From positions 123,196,001 through 123,260,000 of the forward strand of contig NC_058368.1 in the NCBI RefSeq assembly GCF_018350175.1: a DNA stretch of 64,000 bases, read 5' to 3'. The translations under genes were made by a program, and so were the position numbers. The stretch comes from Felis catus. Lineage: Eukaryota. Below the pieces are notes generated by a model. That model saw only the letters and a list, made by a program, of their open reading frames with translations. It ran no database searches and was not told the origin of the DNA. Below are positions 11,945-27,050 of this stretch, piece by piece (positions within the stretch are counted from its first letter, which is position 1; the number at the start of each line of letters is the position of its first letter).

Positions 11945-14878
11945 ACATTTTACTCTAGAAAGCCTTTTCGATGTTGGTTCATTTTTCCTCCATTACTGAT
12001 GGATCTTCTGGAAAGTGATTTATAGTTATTAATTCATAAGATTTATAAGAATAATTATGGCATTACAATTTTTAGCTCTATTTGGAGAAAATTAATCAAG
12101 TCATATTGTAAAATAGTTCCTAAATAAAGGTAATATATCAAAGCACTATCTGAATTCAAAGTTTGATATGTGTGGTAGTTGTTTGGAGGTCTTCAGGGTA
12201 ACATTTTAATATGCTCCCTTTAAAATCATACCACATTCTACTTTCTAAACATATCTTAACCAGGCATCTGTTGTTTTTTTTTTCTCCTGCTACTGACTTA
12301 GCTCATATCTCTAATAGATTTCCTTTATGTGAGGGTATTAGCATTCTGCCTAGTCTCTATGTCTGTAGCCAACATCTCCCTCAGTCCTCAAGATTCAGTT
12401 CATCTTCTACATTGTGTTCATAGAGTCAGAAATATTGGCACAATCCAGTGGTAGTATGACAAGCCAACATTTGAAGGTATCCTGGAGGATATTTGGGCCA
12501 TTTCACTCCATGAAGAAACTCTATTTAAGTTGTTTCTAACAGTGAGTTAGCCCACCTTCTCTAGTGTGCAGTTTCACAGTTTCATAAAACAGCCTACCTC
12601 ATTAGTCCCCTTCTGACTTCATGTAACTCATCTTTTTGTCTAGCCCTCATCTTCAACTGATTTCTTTCCCACAATCCTTTAATTTTAGTTCTCAAATCAA
12701 AACTATCCTTTTATCTTTCATTTCCAGTTTCTTCCTTCTTTCTCTTCCTTACCTTCCTTCCTTCACTCTCTCCTTCCTCCCTCCCTCCCTTCCTCCCTCC
12801 CTTCCTTTCTTCCTCAATTCTTCCCTCCCTTTCTTTACTTATTTTTTCTATAATTTCTCTAATTTCAGTCTCCTGTCACTCAAATCCTCCACAGTATCTA
12901 AAATGTATAAACAGAATAGAGAACTATATCTAAAGTGTCTCATTTTCATTATTTAGAAACTCTGCAGTGAATATCAGCATCATGCAAAGGATGGAATACT
13001 TTTCTGTACCAGAGAAAATGACCCTATTCGTGGTCCAGATGGGAAAATGCATGGAAACCTGTGTTCCATGTGTCAAGCCTTCTAGTGAGTATAGAATGTC
13101 AAAGTGTCTAAAAGAACACCAAAGAGAGAAGGGAACTTACAGATGGTCTAATAGAACTAGCTACTTTCATAGATGGGGAAGCTGTGACTCAAAATAGGGA
13201 AAGGAGTTGAATAAGTTGAATACTTACATAGAATGTTAGCAATAAAGCCAATAAAACTGGGAACTATTTATTCCAATATGTCTGTTTCCCCGACATTCAT
13301 TCTCTTACCACTGGAACATCCTGACAACCATGAGCTTGTGCAAATATCAGATTCTTCCCACTGCTGAAGCATCATATGTGAACCTGTTGTACAAGTTTGT
13401 GGCATCTTATCCTCTGGAGATGTTAGGGCCCAAAGTGAACACCTAAAGCAGAAAGTGATTATTAGAGTTAGTATTACCCATGAAACAACCATGAACCCTT
13501 ATAAAATTAAATATTACTATATATAATGTGACATTTCTTGATAAGTTAGAATTGACAGTTTGCTTTCAAAATTTGGAATTGCTCCCAGTTTATTTGATTG
13601 AGCTCAGATTAAGTAGTTGATTTACATTTCAAATCTATGGTCTTTTGTTTTGATTGACAGCCTTGTGTAATTGAAATGCCATCAGTTAGCTGTACATACT
13701 ATGCAATTCCATTGTGCCAAGCAAATGTAAGCTCATTTGGTTTATCAATGTAAGAAAATTATTGGCCTTTTCCCACCACCCTATATTTTGTTTTTAGATA
13801 ACACAGCCATGAGTAAGCAATACATGTAAGGTGAATTAATAAAGCTAGGGTGTGCACGATGTGATGGATAGACTATAGACTTAAGAGGAGAGAACTTGTT
13901 TAGTTGTAGTCCTGTCCTAAGAGTATAGCCAAAACTGTCTCTGCCTCACTGTGAAACAAGGGAACCAGCCAATGTGCTTGTAAAGGCCACTTTCAGCCTC
14001 CAGGTATACTGTCACTATGGTACCAGTTTTGATACCTCCTCTGTGGACATTGATGACATTTCTTTTCTGACCTCAGGCAAGAAAGGTAATTTACAGAAAG
14101 CAAGTTTTCCAAATCCACAATCACTATATTTCTTTCAATGTTAAGCAAAAACTATGAAGAAGTTATGGTGTCTTACCATACTGGAGGCTATTTTGTTGTT
14201 TCTCATTGGTTTAGCGATAAAAGGCCAAAACTGCTCTTCCTAAAGACGGAGGAGAAATTATCAATGCAGGAATGTGGACAAATAATTGCCTGTTTTTGGT
14301 CCTATGGATTCTTCTCGTTTTCTCTCATTCAGCCAAGCAGAAGCTAAAGAAAAGGAAAAGGCTGAAGATGAAGCACGAAGTAAAAGAGAATCTGGAAAAG
14401 CACCTTCATACGCAGTGAGTGGAACCCACCCAATGAGTCCTACTGGGCACTATAATTTGAACATATTTCAGAGTCTGTAGGGTAGAAAATTGTCCTGCAA
14501 AAATTCCCAGGAAATCTTAACCCTTTCCTCTGGAGATGACATTGAGATGACTGCTATGGGTGCTTGATCCATTCTCACTGCTTCAGAGACTAATCCTGTA
14601 CAATAAGAATAACTTCTTTGAAGTCTGAAAAAACTGACTTCTAGTACTGGTTTCACCAGTACAGACTGTGCTAGCTTTGGCAAACCACTTTCCAGAGACT
14701 CTACGTGTATATTTTCTACCTGCGAGTTTTGGAAATTTCACATCTGAGTTGGGATAAAAATACCTTCATTCTGCACACAGAAAGCCTGATTTTTATCCCT
14801 GAAATGTTATAATATTTGTTTCCATAGCCTTTTATTAAGTTATTATCACGCATTGTTTTGGGGTTTTTTTCCCTTGGG

Positions 14879-14916
<38 letters not shown>

Positions 14917-17900
14917 TTGAGAGAGAGCATACAAGTGGTGGAGGGGCAGGGAGAAGGGGAGAGAGGGAATCCCAAGTAAGCCCCCCACCTCAGCACAGAG
15001 CCTGATGCAGGGCTTGATCCCACAGCCCTGGGATCATGACCTGAGCCAAAATCAGGAGTTGTACGCTCAGCTGACTGGGCCACCCAGGCCCCCCATCGCC
15101 TATTGTTTAGATGATGAAAGTCTCCTACTTCTCCCTCTAGGTTTTAGTCTTTCCCTTATCCAACTATCCTCCCTAACACAACTGAAGTTTCAAAATATTA
15201 ATCTGCTTAAAGCTCACAAATGGCTCATCATTAACTGCAACATACATCTCAACCTCCTTAACTATTTTATTTGGCTTCTTACCTTCATTTAGAAATTCAC
15301 GTTCTGCTATATGCCCGTGTAGTTTACAACTTTGTTTCTCAATTTGTTTTAACAATCTAGTATTCATATTCCCCAACTGTCTTCTTACCCACAAAATCCT
15401 GTTTGCTCTTCAGCCTCATACAAATTATTCCTGTCCCATGACATCTTCTCTGCTTTTCACAATCAGATCTCATGGCCTCAACCTCTGCATTCTCAGATTT
15501 TCTTGTACCTACATGTTTGCACTTATTTTATTCCATTTAGATTAAAATGGAGTTTACTTGCCCACCTCATTTATTATATTTTGACATCCTATTATGTTCT
15601 ACTTGTTCCCATCTCTTAGCAAATGATGAGTTTTGTTTGTTGAACTGAATTTTACATGTGAGAGAAACACAGCTGAAATCCTGGAATCAAAGAAACATAA
15701 CACTAGTTTCTGCCACCGTAGATGTTCCAGGATTCTGCTTGGAATAGGCATAAAAGCAAGTATCCCCAACTTGCTTTCTCTGTTTTGGCAGGAGCTGTGC
15801 AGTGAATACCGTAAGCTTGTGAGGAATGGAAGACTCCCCTGCACCAGAGAGAACGACCCTATCCAGGGCCCGGATGGGAAAATGCATGGCAACACCTGCT
15901 CCATGTGTGAGGTGTTCTTGTGAGTAGCTCTGTAGCTGGAAAAATGAGGGAGACTTTTGTCCTTTCTGCTTCATTTTTTAAATTTTTTAATGTTAGCTTT
16001 GTTGTATTTACTTCTTAAAAATTAAGTTGTGTTTTATTTCTTGTCAGTGGCAGTTTTGCACAATGTCATAATTATCAGAGAATAATTCCTGTTCTGTCCT
16101 CAGAGAGAGGCAGAGAGGTCCACGTGTAGCTCCTTCTCTTACCCTTTTAATGCAGTCTGTCTTGGTCTCTGAGGTCCAGTGTGTGCTTCAGCCTCACCCC
16201 TGTGTTGTAGGATTCTCTCAGTCATGTCGTGTTCTTGAATAGAGGTCGGTTGTTCTCGTGAGGGGGAGGGAAGTTAGGAACCACCTATGGTGCCATCATG
16301 GTGATGTCACTCCTAACCAACTCCAAAGAATAATTCCTGCGTATCAATCACTGGTTGAGTTCCTCTGGAAGTGTACAGGATGTAAAACAAGGATCTCACC
16401 CCTACAGAGCAGGTTGTGAAGTCATCTAAAATCACACAACAAATCACAAAGCAAACATATCAGTATGCAAAATGGTACATTAGTCCATACACAGGACCTG
16501 GCGGAACGACTTGGAATAGGAAAGATGAGCATCTGGCACAGTGAACCCCTCCATGTGTGGACTTGTCAGCTGAAACAATCATGGTGAAGCCTACTCCATG
16601 CCCCTAACCCCTCAATTGTTCCATCTTGGTGACGAGGACTTTCCTTTATAGCACTAACCACAATTAGCATAGCTGTAAATTGATATGTGTGGCTATATGT
16701 TCAACATCTCTCTCTTCAATAGACAATTGTTGTTGTTATGGAAGGGATTCTAGAAAATGTAAGCACTGAGTCCAGATTAACTTTGTGTTCCTTTGTGAGA
16801 GCTCCGCTTCAGCAGAAAAGCAAAAACATATTTAGAGGAAATGAATACAAACCATGTCCCCTGAGGACTGTTAAGACATGGCATACTTAGCAAGGGGAGA
16901 GTTATGGCCTTGAAATACCCAAGTATCTTTTGTTTTTAAATGTGGAATCAACACTGTAGGCTGTCTGTATGGATGAAAGTGGGAACAATGAGTCGAAACT
17001 CTGGAAGGGGTCCAGCTCAATGCCAAGAGCAACTTTCTAACAGTTTGAGGACTTCAGGGGTAGAATGACCTATGTGGGGTTTCACAGATGATGTAAGTAG
17101 AGAATTTACTGGCAGATTAAAGCAAAGCTAGATAGTAATGAGACATACTGAGTATTGAAAGTTGTGAGTACTGGAAGATTGGAAAACTGCAAGTGTCCTT
17201 GGGGCAGTGATCCATTCTGTCTGTCAGTTTTCTTACCTGTGGGGTCGTAATAGAAGTTTTACAACATGCAGTTGAGAAGATTTCATGGTATGAGCACGAG
17301 GTTAGGTACATAGTAAGAACTTACTAAATGTTAACTACAATGATTAACTGATATTTGAGATCACTTTCAATTTGGGCATTCTATGATCCTTACTGATCTC
17401 TTTCTATATTCTCTTTTAGTCAAGCAGAAGAAGAAAAGAAAAAGAAGGAAAGTGAGTCAAGAAATAAGAGACAATCTAAGAACACAACTTCCTTTGAGGT
17501 GAGGGAAACTTTTCCAAAAGTCAGAGGCATGTGGACCTGGGCTCCATAGATGGCATTCAGGAAACTCATAAATCCCCTGAAGCTGTAGGAAACGTTTGTA
17601 CAGTTTGTGTTTGTTTACATGTGAGCATATACACACGTGCATATGTGACTATTTCTAGGTTAAGTGTTTATAACTTTCATCCTTAAAAAATAGTCATGTC
17701 TTCTAAGACCTATTCTAAAATAAGTCACTTGCTGATCCCCATTTGAGAAAAAATGCAGCTGTTTTGCCAGTCTGATCCAACCTATGTTCAAGACCTCGAA
17801 CTTCCTTCCTCAATTTCACAGGAATTGTGCAGCGAATACCGCAAATTAAGGAAGAATGGACAACTTCTCTGCACCAGAGAGAACGACCCCATCAAGGGCC

Positions 17901-20900
17901 CAGATGGGAAAGTGCATGGCAACACCTGTTCCATGTGTGAGGCCTTCTTGTGAGTAAAGCTCAGGACTGCTGATGGTGGGGGAGAAGGAACCGAGCGAAG
18001 TTTTCAAACATTTGTGAATAATCAGTTGTGAATAATGCATTTTTCTCTTCAGTACAGCAGTCATTTTGGGGTGTCACATTTAAATGAACTAAACACACAC
18101 ACACACACACACACACACATTAAAATACAAAACCTAAAAGCAAGTGGAGAGCTTTCAGATGATGATGATTGTGATATAAAAAGATTTTAGAGAGAACTCA
18201 AAATCTTTGATTCAGAGAAGAGAATACTCTGTGGTAACCATACTAATTGCTTTTTCGTTACTTGAAGGATTATCAGCTAAAATAGGAAATGGATGAGATT
18301 ACATATAAAATATCATTATGGTGCATAGCAGGTTTTAGGAGAGTGTTTGTTTTAGTTTACTACCTTTCTTCTTACTCATTCTGTGTGATCTTAAGAAGTA
18401 GAGTTAAAATGGATGAGAGCTATAGGGACACAGATTTGAGTGCAACACAAAGATGAACTTTGTAATATTTGAAATAGGTGAAGCCTGTTTTAGGAACAGT
18501 GGAAGTTGGATCCTTGTTTACAGGGTACTAAAGGGTAACTGTAGAATAAATGGCATGATGTATTTTCACAAAAAAAGAGTCTATGATATTCCTTAAGGCT
18601 TTGATCTTTGTCCCAAGAAACACTCCAATTGATTTGCTATCAACTCAGAATCTCTGAAAGGATTCATTCAGTCTTTCCCGGTAGAGAACAATATTTGTCC
18701 CATAGTGGTTGGGCACGGAAACATTAAAAACCTCTTAGATGGAAGTCAAGATGATGAACATATAATCATTATAACCAACATTTATTTAATGCATATCATC
18801 GACAAATATTTGCAAAAAGCTTTGCTGCCTAATCTCATTTGATCTTCAAGAAAAACATGAAATAGATCTTTCTTACATTATCACAAGTTATAGATGACAA
18901 AATAAAGGCCCAGAGGAGTTGGGAAAGTTAGAAACATTAGTGCAGGAAAAAAAAATGAAGAAAATGATGTTTCTCACCCTATGGTATAGATAGAAGATAA
19001 TCATTTAGCAATGCCATTATCAACTTCTAGTAATTATATTTGCCTGAATTTAGGCTTGTTTCAGTCTGTTTTTCTGTGTCTGTACATCAGTCTTTCAGTG
19101 ATGAGGAAGGAATTCTGCCACCTAGTGGTCAGCTCTGCTGCTTCCTCTGATGATTTCCCAGGATGGAAAGAAAATGCTTCTTAAATATTTTAGTCAACTT
19201 AGACTCATGGCAAAGTTTAGGTCAGTTTCCATATAAAAAAGTATGAGAAATCTCATAATTTTGGAACTATTTTAGTACTTTTCTCCCATCCCTATAAAAA
19301 TTCCTTATCAAGGGGCGCCTGGGTGGCTCAGTCGGTTGGGCGTCCGACTTCAGCTCAGGTCATGATCTCAGGTCATAATCTCAGGTGTGTGGGTTTGAGC
19401 CCTGCTGACGGCTCAGAGCCTGGAGCCTGCTTCGGATTCTGTGTCTCCCTCTCTCTCTGCCCCTCCTCTGCTCATGCTCTCTCTCTCTCTGTCTCAAAAA
19501 TAAACAAGAACATTAAAAAAATTTTTTTTTAATTCCTTATCAAAAAGAAATAAAGTTTTATTTATTACCTCATATTTTATGGGTATGTTAGCAAAGGCTG
19601 TTGCCTTTTTTGCGAATCCTTCTTCCCTCCATGGTCTCGTCTTGCACACATTCATACCAAATGCAAACTGTCTTTTCACCTTTTAAGGAAGTTTAATTTG
19701 ATCAATGGGAGCAAGCCTTATGTTGATTGAAACATAACCTAATTTTTACATATTATCTAAAACATTTTTGCATTTTAAAATTAAAACTTCTTACATATTG
19801 TTTAATTTTTTTTCCGTCTGTACACCAGGATTAAATTGTGCTGTAGATTCAATTATGCTGAACTCAGTTGGCAGCCCTGTTAGTTATCCAGAATGGTTAA
19901 GATCCATCACCCCCACTTTATTTCCATCATATGCCTGTTTTGGGAGGATTGACTTGTAATAATAATTACAGTGATGATGACACCGATTGCTTTTGACAAT
20001 CACTTTATCATGTACCGAATACTTATTCTACTTGTTTTACATGTATTAACTCATTTAACACTCACAACAATCCTATAAAACTAATTTCATTGCTACTTCT
20101 CTTATCCCTCCCTTCCCCTTCCCCATTTAAAAATGAGGAAGGCACAGAGAGGGTCAGACATTTCTTGTGATCCTTCTGCAGTTTGACTCCAGAGTCTGTC
20201 CCCTTAACCATGCTTGACTGCCCCAAAGAAACCAAATATTACCAAAGTAGGAGTTATCACAGATGCAAAAGAATCCGTAAACAGGAAATATTCAGCCTTT
20301 GCTGAGGAGCTAAATGGGTTTTACTCATGAAGGGACTTTTTCTTACAGACTATTATCTTGAGGTAAAGTGAATCATTTCAGTTTATTATCCACTAAAATG
20401 ACAAACTGCTATGAGTGGATCTTTGGGGGTGTTTGAGACCTGTTAAAGCAACGGATGATCAACCTGTGCACGTTAAGAATCTACTCTGTTAAGACCTATT
20501 TCTTCTTTTTCTCTCTTTTTCTTCCCCTGCTCCTTACAGTCAGCAAGAAGAAAGAAGAAGAACAAAGACTAAAAGAGAAGCTACAAAGGTAATTTTCTCA
20601 GGACTGCTAATGCTATGCCTTGACATTTTTTTCTCCTTAAAACATTCTAGATATCTCATTAGCAGAAATGTTTTCCTTTTCAATTGTCGTGCCTGAAATG
20701 AACAACAACAAAAACCCTGAAAAAAAGGTCTTGATTGGAAGTTTCCAGAGTATCAATTATATTGCATGATAATTCAAATTTTGAGTTTCATTTTATAAAA
20801 AGTAGAGGGTTAACTTACTTGGTAAGGTATATTCTCCATATTTGGCTTTTCTTAGATTTCTGTTGTCAGGCACAGATTATTAATATCAAATTTTACAATT

Positions 20901-23900
20901 TACTAATTTCAGTTTACATCATTCCAACCTCTATTATTTCAAATACACAGTTCAATGTCCCTATTGCTTTCATTAGTCCAATTTATAAAACAAAGTACAC
21001 ATATATTATCATATTTTATCTTTCTCACCCTCTAAACATGGAGAAAGTACTGATATTCTCATCCTAGTTAATAATTATTAAATCCTTTGACTTTCTAATT
21101 ATTCTTAATCTACTGTACATGATTAATTTTATAATTTTATAAGCAGCACAATAAAATCTGTCCATATATGATATTGAAATACTCTCATATAATGGCCATA
21201 AACAGGATTTACCTTTATGTGTTTTATTTCCTAACAGCTGCAAAGTGTAAGCCTACTGTTTATTTGGGGAAAGTTGACACAGTTTAAAAGTTGACCTTTA
21301 AACTGACTCACTTGCTCATTAACTTTCTTTCTGTTAGTTGGAGCCATCTTTTTATTTTAAACTGAACACTTGTTTTATCCATAATATCTGATCAGCTGCT
21401 AAGTCATCTTAGATTTTCCAAATGGTCCTAAACCATTTTTCCTTCTCTCTGCTTCTCTTGTACCTCTCCTGTATGAAATCTGCATCCCTCTGCTTTATCA
21501 AGTGACTCCCAGAAAGGTGTCAGTTTCTCCAAGGGATCATACTTGTTCTCTCCTCCATATCTTTTTTTGAAATATGTCTTTATTTCTTAGTTTGGGCATC
21601 ATTTTCTTTTCTTTCTCGGCTTTCTAAAGACAAATTGAGGTTTACCAATAATTTTTGGAGACTATATTCTTATTTTAATTTTTTCCAGCTTTATTAAGAT
21701 TTAATTGACATATCATGTTGTATAAGTTTAAGGTGTCTATCGTGTTGATTTGGCACGCTTATATATTATAAAATAATACTCCCATAGCATTACCTAACAC
21801 TTCCATCACATCACATAATTACACAAATACATTTCTTTTTTTGTGGTGAGAACATTTAGGAATAGTCTCTTAGCAACTTCCAAGTATACTGTATTGCATA
21901 CTATTGTATCGTTAACTGTAATTACCACACTCTACGTTAGATCTCCAGAACTTAATTCATCTTTAAATGGAAGTTTATAACCTTTAACCAACATCTCCCT
22001 ATTTCCACCCAGCCCCCGGAAAGTACGTTCTACTTTCTGTTTCTATGAGTTCAGCTTTTTTAGATTACACATATGAGTGAGATCATACAGTATTTTTTGT
22101 CTACCTCACTTATTTCACTTAGCAGAGTTCCCTCTAGTTTCATCCAAGTAGTTGTAAATGGCAGGATTTCCTTCTTTTTTGTGAAGGCTGACCAGTATTC
22201 TCAGTTCCTCCAAGAAACCTCTTCTTCTAGGTCCATTGAACCCCTTCACCTTTGATCATTCAGTTATATAATTTATAGACTTTGATATGTAACACAACAC
22301 AAACATATGCAATTTATATTGTTCTCTACCAATTTTGTCAGCCTTCTTCTGCACCTAGATTGTAAGCAGTCTCAGGGGAATGATGATGTTAAATATTTCC
22401 AGACCTGCTCTGGTGCCAGGACAATGCTGAGTCCGTGATGGAAGTTTTGTAAATACTTACTGATTTACTGCTACACGTAATCACTTTTTCTTTTTCTTCT
22501 TACTCTGCATCACTTATTCCTCAGAATAGGCAAAGGAATAGTCAGGGTAAGAAATCATTCTGAGAAAATATTTTCCAGGAGCTCTGCAGTGAATTTCAGA
22601 ACCAGGTGAGGAATGGGACGCTTATATGCACCAAGGAGAATGACCCTGTCCGTGGCCCAGATGGCAAAATGCATGGAAACAAGTGCTCCATGTGTGCAAG
22701 TCTATTGTGAGTACCTGTGCTCATCTGTTCTACTGAATCTCTTTATTATCCATCACGTCTGAGTCTCAGTTTCTTTAGAAATGTGTAGAATATATGGGGC
22801 GCCTGGGTGGCGCAGTCGGTTAAGCGTCCGACTTCAGCCAGGTCACGATCTCGCGGTCCGTGAGTTCGAGCCCCGCGTCAGGTTCTGGGCTGATGGCTCA
22901 GAGCCTGGAGCCTGTTTCCGATTCTGTGTCTCCCTCTCTCTCTGCCTCTGTCTCTCTCTGTCCCAAAAATAAATAAACGTTGAAAAAAATTAAAAAAAAA
23001 AAAAAGAAATGTGTAGAATATATGCCATGGGTTGTGTGCTAGGTAAGCTGAAAAGCACATGGACAAGGCAGGAAGTAATATTGAATCACACAGTGACAAT
23101 GTGATTCTCTTTTCAGTTCTCTTTCTATCCTCTAGGTAAGTCATGGGAAAGTTTTAATTTAGTGCTGGTATGTTTGTAACACTTGATAATCATCATTCAT
23201 AACAAAGAGGGAGCAGAAGTTTGATGATCTGGATGCAGTGATATCATTGGTCTCTCTCCCACCTCTGACATTTTATGATTCTGTGAATATATTCAAATAT
23301 TGGCTAAGGAAGAACCAGTTGAACAGAGATCTATGAGGCCGGTGTGCAAGAACTGTTAGAATAATCTGAATGAGAAATGGAATAGAGAGAATTACATTTA
23401 TCCTTTTAGGAACATTACCATGCCCAGGTGAGATAAATACTTTGATAAGTGGTTTAGTGTAGAGAGTAAAACCCCTAATAGGCAGGGCCATGTAATAGGT
23501 GTTTATTGAAATGTCTTCTTGTGAAGCCAGGTCCAGGGACTTTTTTTGCTGTTGTTTTGGTGAGTCGGACCTGAGCTCCATTGTGTGGAACAGTATAGGA
23601 GAAATTGATTATTACCTCCTCTGGTTCTCCTCCTCCTTAGATTCTTAGTCCTCTACAGAGTCTCACGCTAAAGTAAATGTTGAGGAAAATGTTTAAATTT
23701 TTTTTATTATTTTTTTTAATGTTTATTTATTTTTGAGACAGAGAGAGACAGAGCATGAACGGGGGAGAGTCAGAGAGAGAGGGAGACACAGAATCCGAAG
23801 CAGGCTCCAGGCTCGGAGCTGTCAGCACAGAGCCCGATGCGGGGCTCCAACTCACAGACCGTGAGATCATGACCTGAGCCAAAGTCGGAAGCTCAACCGA

Positions 23901-26900
23901 CTGAGCCACCCAGGAGCCCTGAGGAAAATGTTTAAATAGTATCTGTTGAAAGAGGTGCAAAGTTGATTTCTGTCTTGTAACTTTTTGCATGTCCTCGCCC
24001 AATCTCAGGTATATGCACATAGCTCCTTAAAGGAAAGGTTGACACACTAGGCCAGTAGGGCAGGCGATGGGCTCAGATTCAGGAAATCAAGGGTCTTCTC
24101 TTACTTGCTCCATTTGTTCATTCTGTGGAGATGACCAGATATAATGTGATCCATGCTACAGATTTTCAAGCTTTGATAAGCTGTGTATCAGTAGAACATG
24201 GCAAGAATGCCAGAAGCTTAGGCTCTTGATCAACCTCAAAATGTTAGTTGTCGAATTTTCTTGGGCTTGGATCATTATTATACTTTAAAACGTGAATTCA
24301 ACTTGAATATTAATGCCCTTAAAATAATATCTAAAGTTTTAATTTTATAGTGAAACGTGGTTTATTTTGACTAGGGCCCATCATCTGACTTGGTATCACC
24401 TCTGCTTTGATCATTGATATGGTTGTTATTTACACAGGAAAAGTTGCACAGTTTAGAAAAATCAAGGCAATGTGGCTTGCCTAAAGTCAGATCATTAAAG
24501 TCACTGACTGATAGAAAAAGACTACATGAGGGTCACATACTGATAAAAAAAAAAATGCTAGTTTTATTGTTTTAAGGAGAATTGTAAACTACTGAATTAT
24601 TTATTTTTTATTATTATTGTCTGCAAAGTAATAGCACCTCTTAGACTGGATAAATTTGTACCGAAGAGTGAATCTGACCTTGTCTCGAAGATCCTCATTC
24701 CTTTTTAAAATACATTACCAAAGAGAATCGAAAACTGTACTTAGCTTGTATCTTCTTTATTTTTGATTGCAGCAAACTTGAAGAAGAAGAGAAGCAAAAT
24801 AATAGCAAGGAAGGAAAGGAGAAAGTAGGAGCTGAGAAAGTGAAGAGAGAAGCAGTCCAGGTAGTTGTTTCAGGCCATCAGAGCCACATAACTGTTCCAT
24901 TCTCTCCAGGCAAGCCTCCTGCTCCCACCTCCTTATCCCATGTCCTTAGTAACTTCTCGGACTGAGGACATGTATTGGATTCTCGTGTATAAGGAGATCC
25001 CTTCTTCCTATTCAGTTTATTCACTCCAAGTATGATTTAGTTGCTTGTGCATTTGAGAAGAAGTCAATCACCATTTTCTCCACTTACCATGTGAATTGTA
25101 GTATCCCAAAAAAGAAGCATATACAGATTGCTATCTTGTATGAATGCAAATCAATAGAGGCAGATTTCAAAGTTTTCTCCATATCTTTTTATATAAGCAT
25201 GTTTAGTTCAAAATAAATAAAACAAAAAACAAAACAAAACAAATAAAACCTAAATTTTAATCCCAATTAATTATCTGTGAGATTTTGGGAAAATTACTTA
25301 ACAGCATTTTTGAGCCTTGGGTTTACATTCTCACGTAATGATGATGATGATGGTGATGACTATTAATTATTTAGTTGCTGGCATATGTCATGTGATATAA
25401 CAGTTTTATGTCTGATCTTTGTAGTAACCATTCAAAGTATGTGATTGTTATCTGTATTTTATAGAAGAGGACTCAGAGGCTCAGATAAGAAGTTGGGAAA
25501 TATATATAGTTAAAAATTTGAGAGCTACAATTGGACCACACGTTCTGGCTTGAACGCCCATGATGCGCCTTAGATTTTGCACTTTATCACCATTTGTATC
25601 ATTTTTACAGGATGTGTCTAAGATCTTCATTGTTCCTCTCCTGTGTCCTTTTCTAATTTGGAAGACCTCACTCCTTAGTGTTCTCTCTGCTCTCATCTTT
25701 ATTTCCTACAATCTACCCTTAACTCCAAAACCAAAGCAGTTTTGCAAAACATAAGGCAATCTGTGCCACCCATGGCTTCTAACTTACTCAGAGTAAGAAC
25801 CAAGGCCCTCTTAGTGGCTTATAATCCCACCCGTGATCTGACCTCTGCCACCTCTCAGGCCTCATTTCCTATTTTCTACCCATTGCTGCCCTTGTGCCAG
25901 CCCTACTGGCCACCTTGTTGTTTCTCGGACATCCCAAGCATTAATTCAAGGTATCCCATCTCATGGACTCAGTCACATTGTGGTTAAAGACCTGGGCTGA
26001 GACTGTCAGGGCTCAAATACTGGCTGTCTCCCTACCAATAAGGCAGACAGTTAACATTTTTGCATCTTAGTTTCTTCACTTATAAAATAATAAACTATAT
26101 TTATGTATATAATTTTTATGAAGTCCCAAGGAACTTACCCATATATAACAGCACATGTCTTAAGTCTTCAATATTATACACACAATGAACTTTACTTTCT
26201 ATATGGTTTTCCTCATACTCAGATATGATTGTCCTTGTCTTCTATCTGTCAAAATTCTGGCCACTTTCCATGGCTCGGAATAAGTATTAGCTGCTCTCCA
26301 AAGATTTTCCCCATTTATACAATATACTTAATAGCTCTATCATCTATTATGCCAGAAATTTTCCTTTATTTCTCAATTATCTCATTCTTTTTATTCCAAG
26401 TTATGGATGGTTCTATGCATTTTCTTCAAAGACTCTAAACACTCTGTATTTGCTTTTTATGATTGCTCTAACAGATTATCACAAATCTGGTGGCCTAAAG
26501 CAAAACAAACTTACTGTCTTTGGTTCTTTACATTAGAAGTCTGACCTGGGTCTCAGTGAACTAAATCAAAGGGCTGGTAGGGCTCTGTTCCTTTCTGGAA
26601 TCTCTAGGGGAGAATTTGTCTCTTTGCCTTTTCTTACTTCTAGAAGCGGTCCATGTCCCTTCCATTATCTTCAAAGCCAACAACATCACATCTCTGACTG
26701 TTGTTCTACAGTTGTATTTCCCTCTCCATCTCTCCTGTCTCACTCTTCCTATTGTTAAGGACTGACCCTTACAGTTACATTGGACATACCAGGATAATCC
26801 AAGAGAATCTCCCCATCTCAAGGTTCTTAACTTAATTACACCTGCAAAGTTCCTTTTGCCCTGTAAGGTAATATGATCACAGGCTCTGGGTGTTAGGACT

Positions 26901-26994
26901 TGGACAAATAGGAGGGATGGGAACTGTTGTTCTGCCAACCACAAATTTTTTACAAAAAGAACAATAGATAATTCTTTCTTTCTTTCTTTACTTC

Positions 26995-27050
<56 letters not shown>

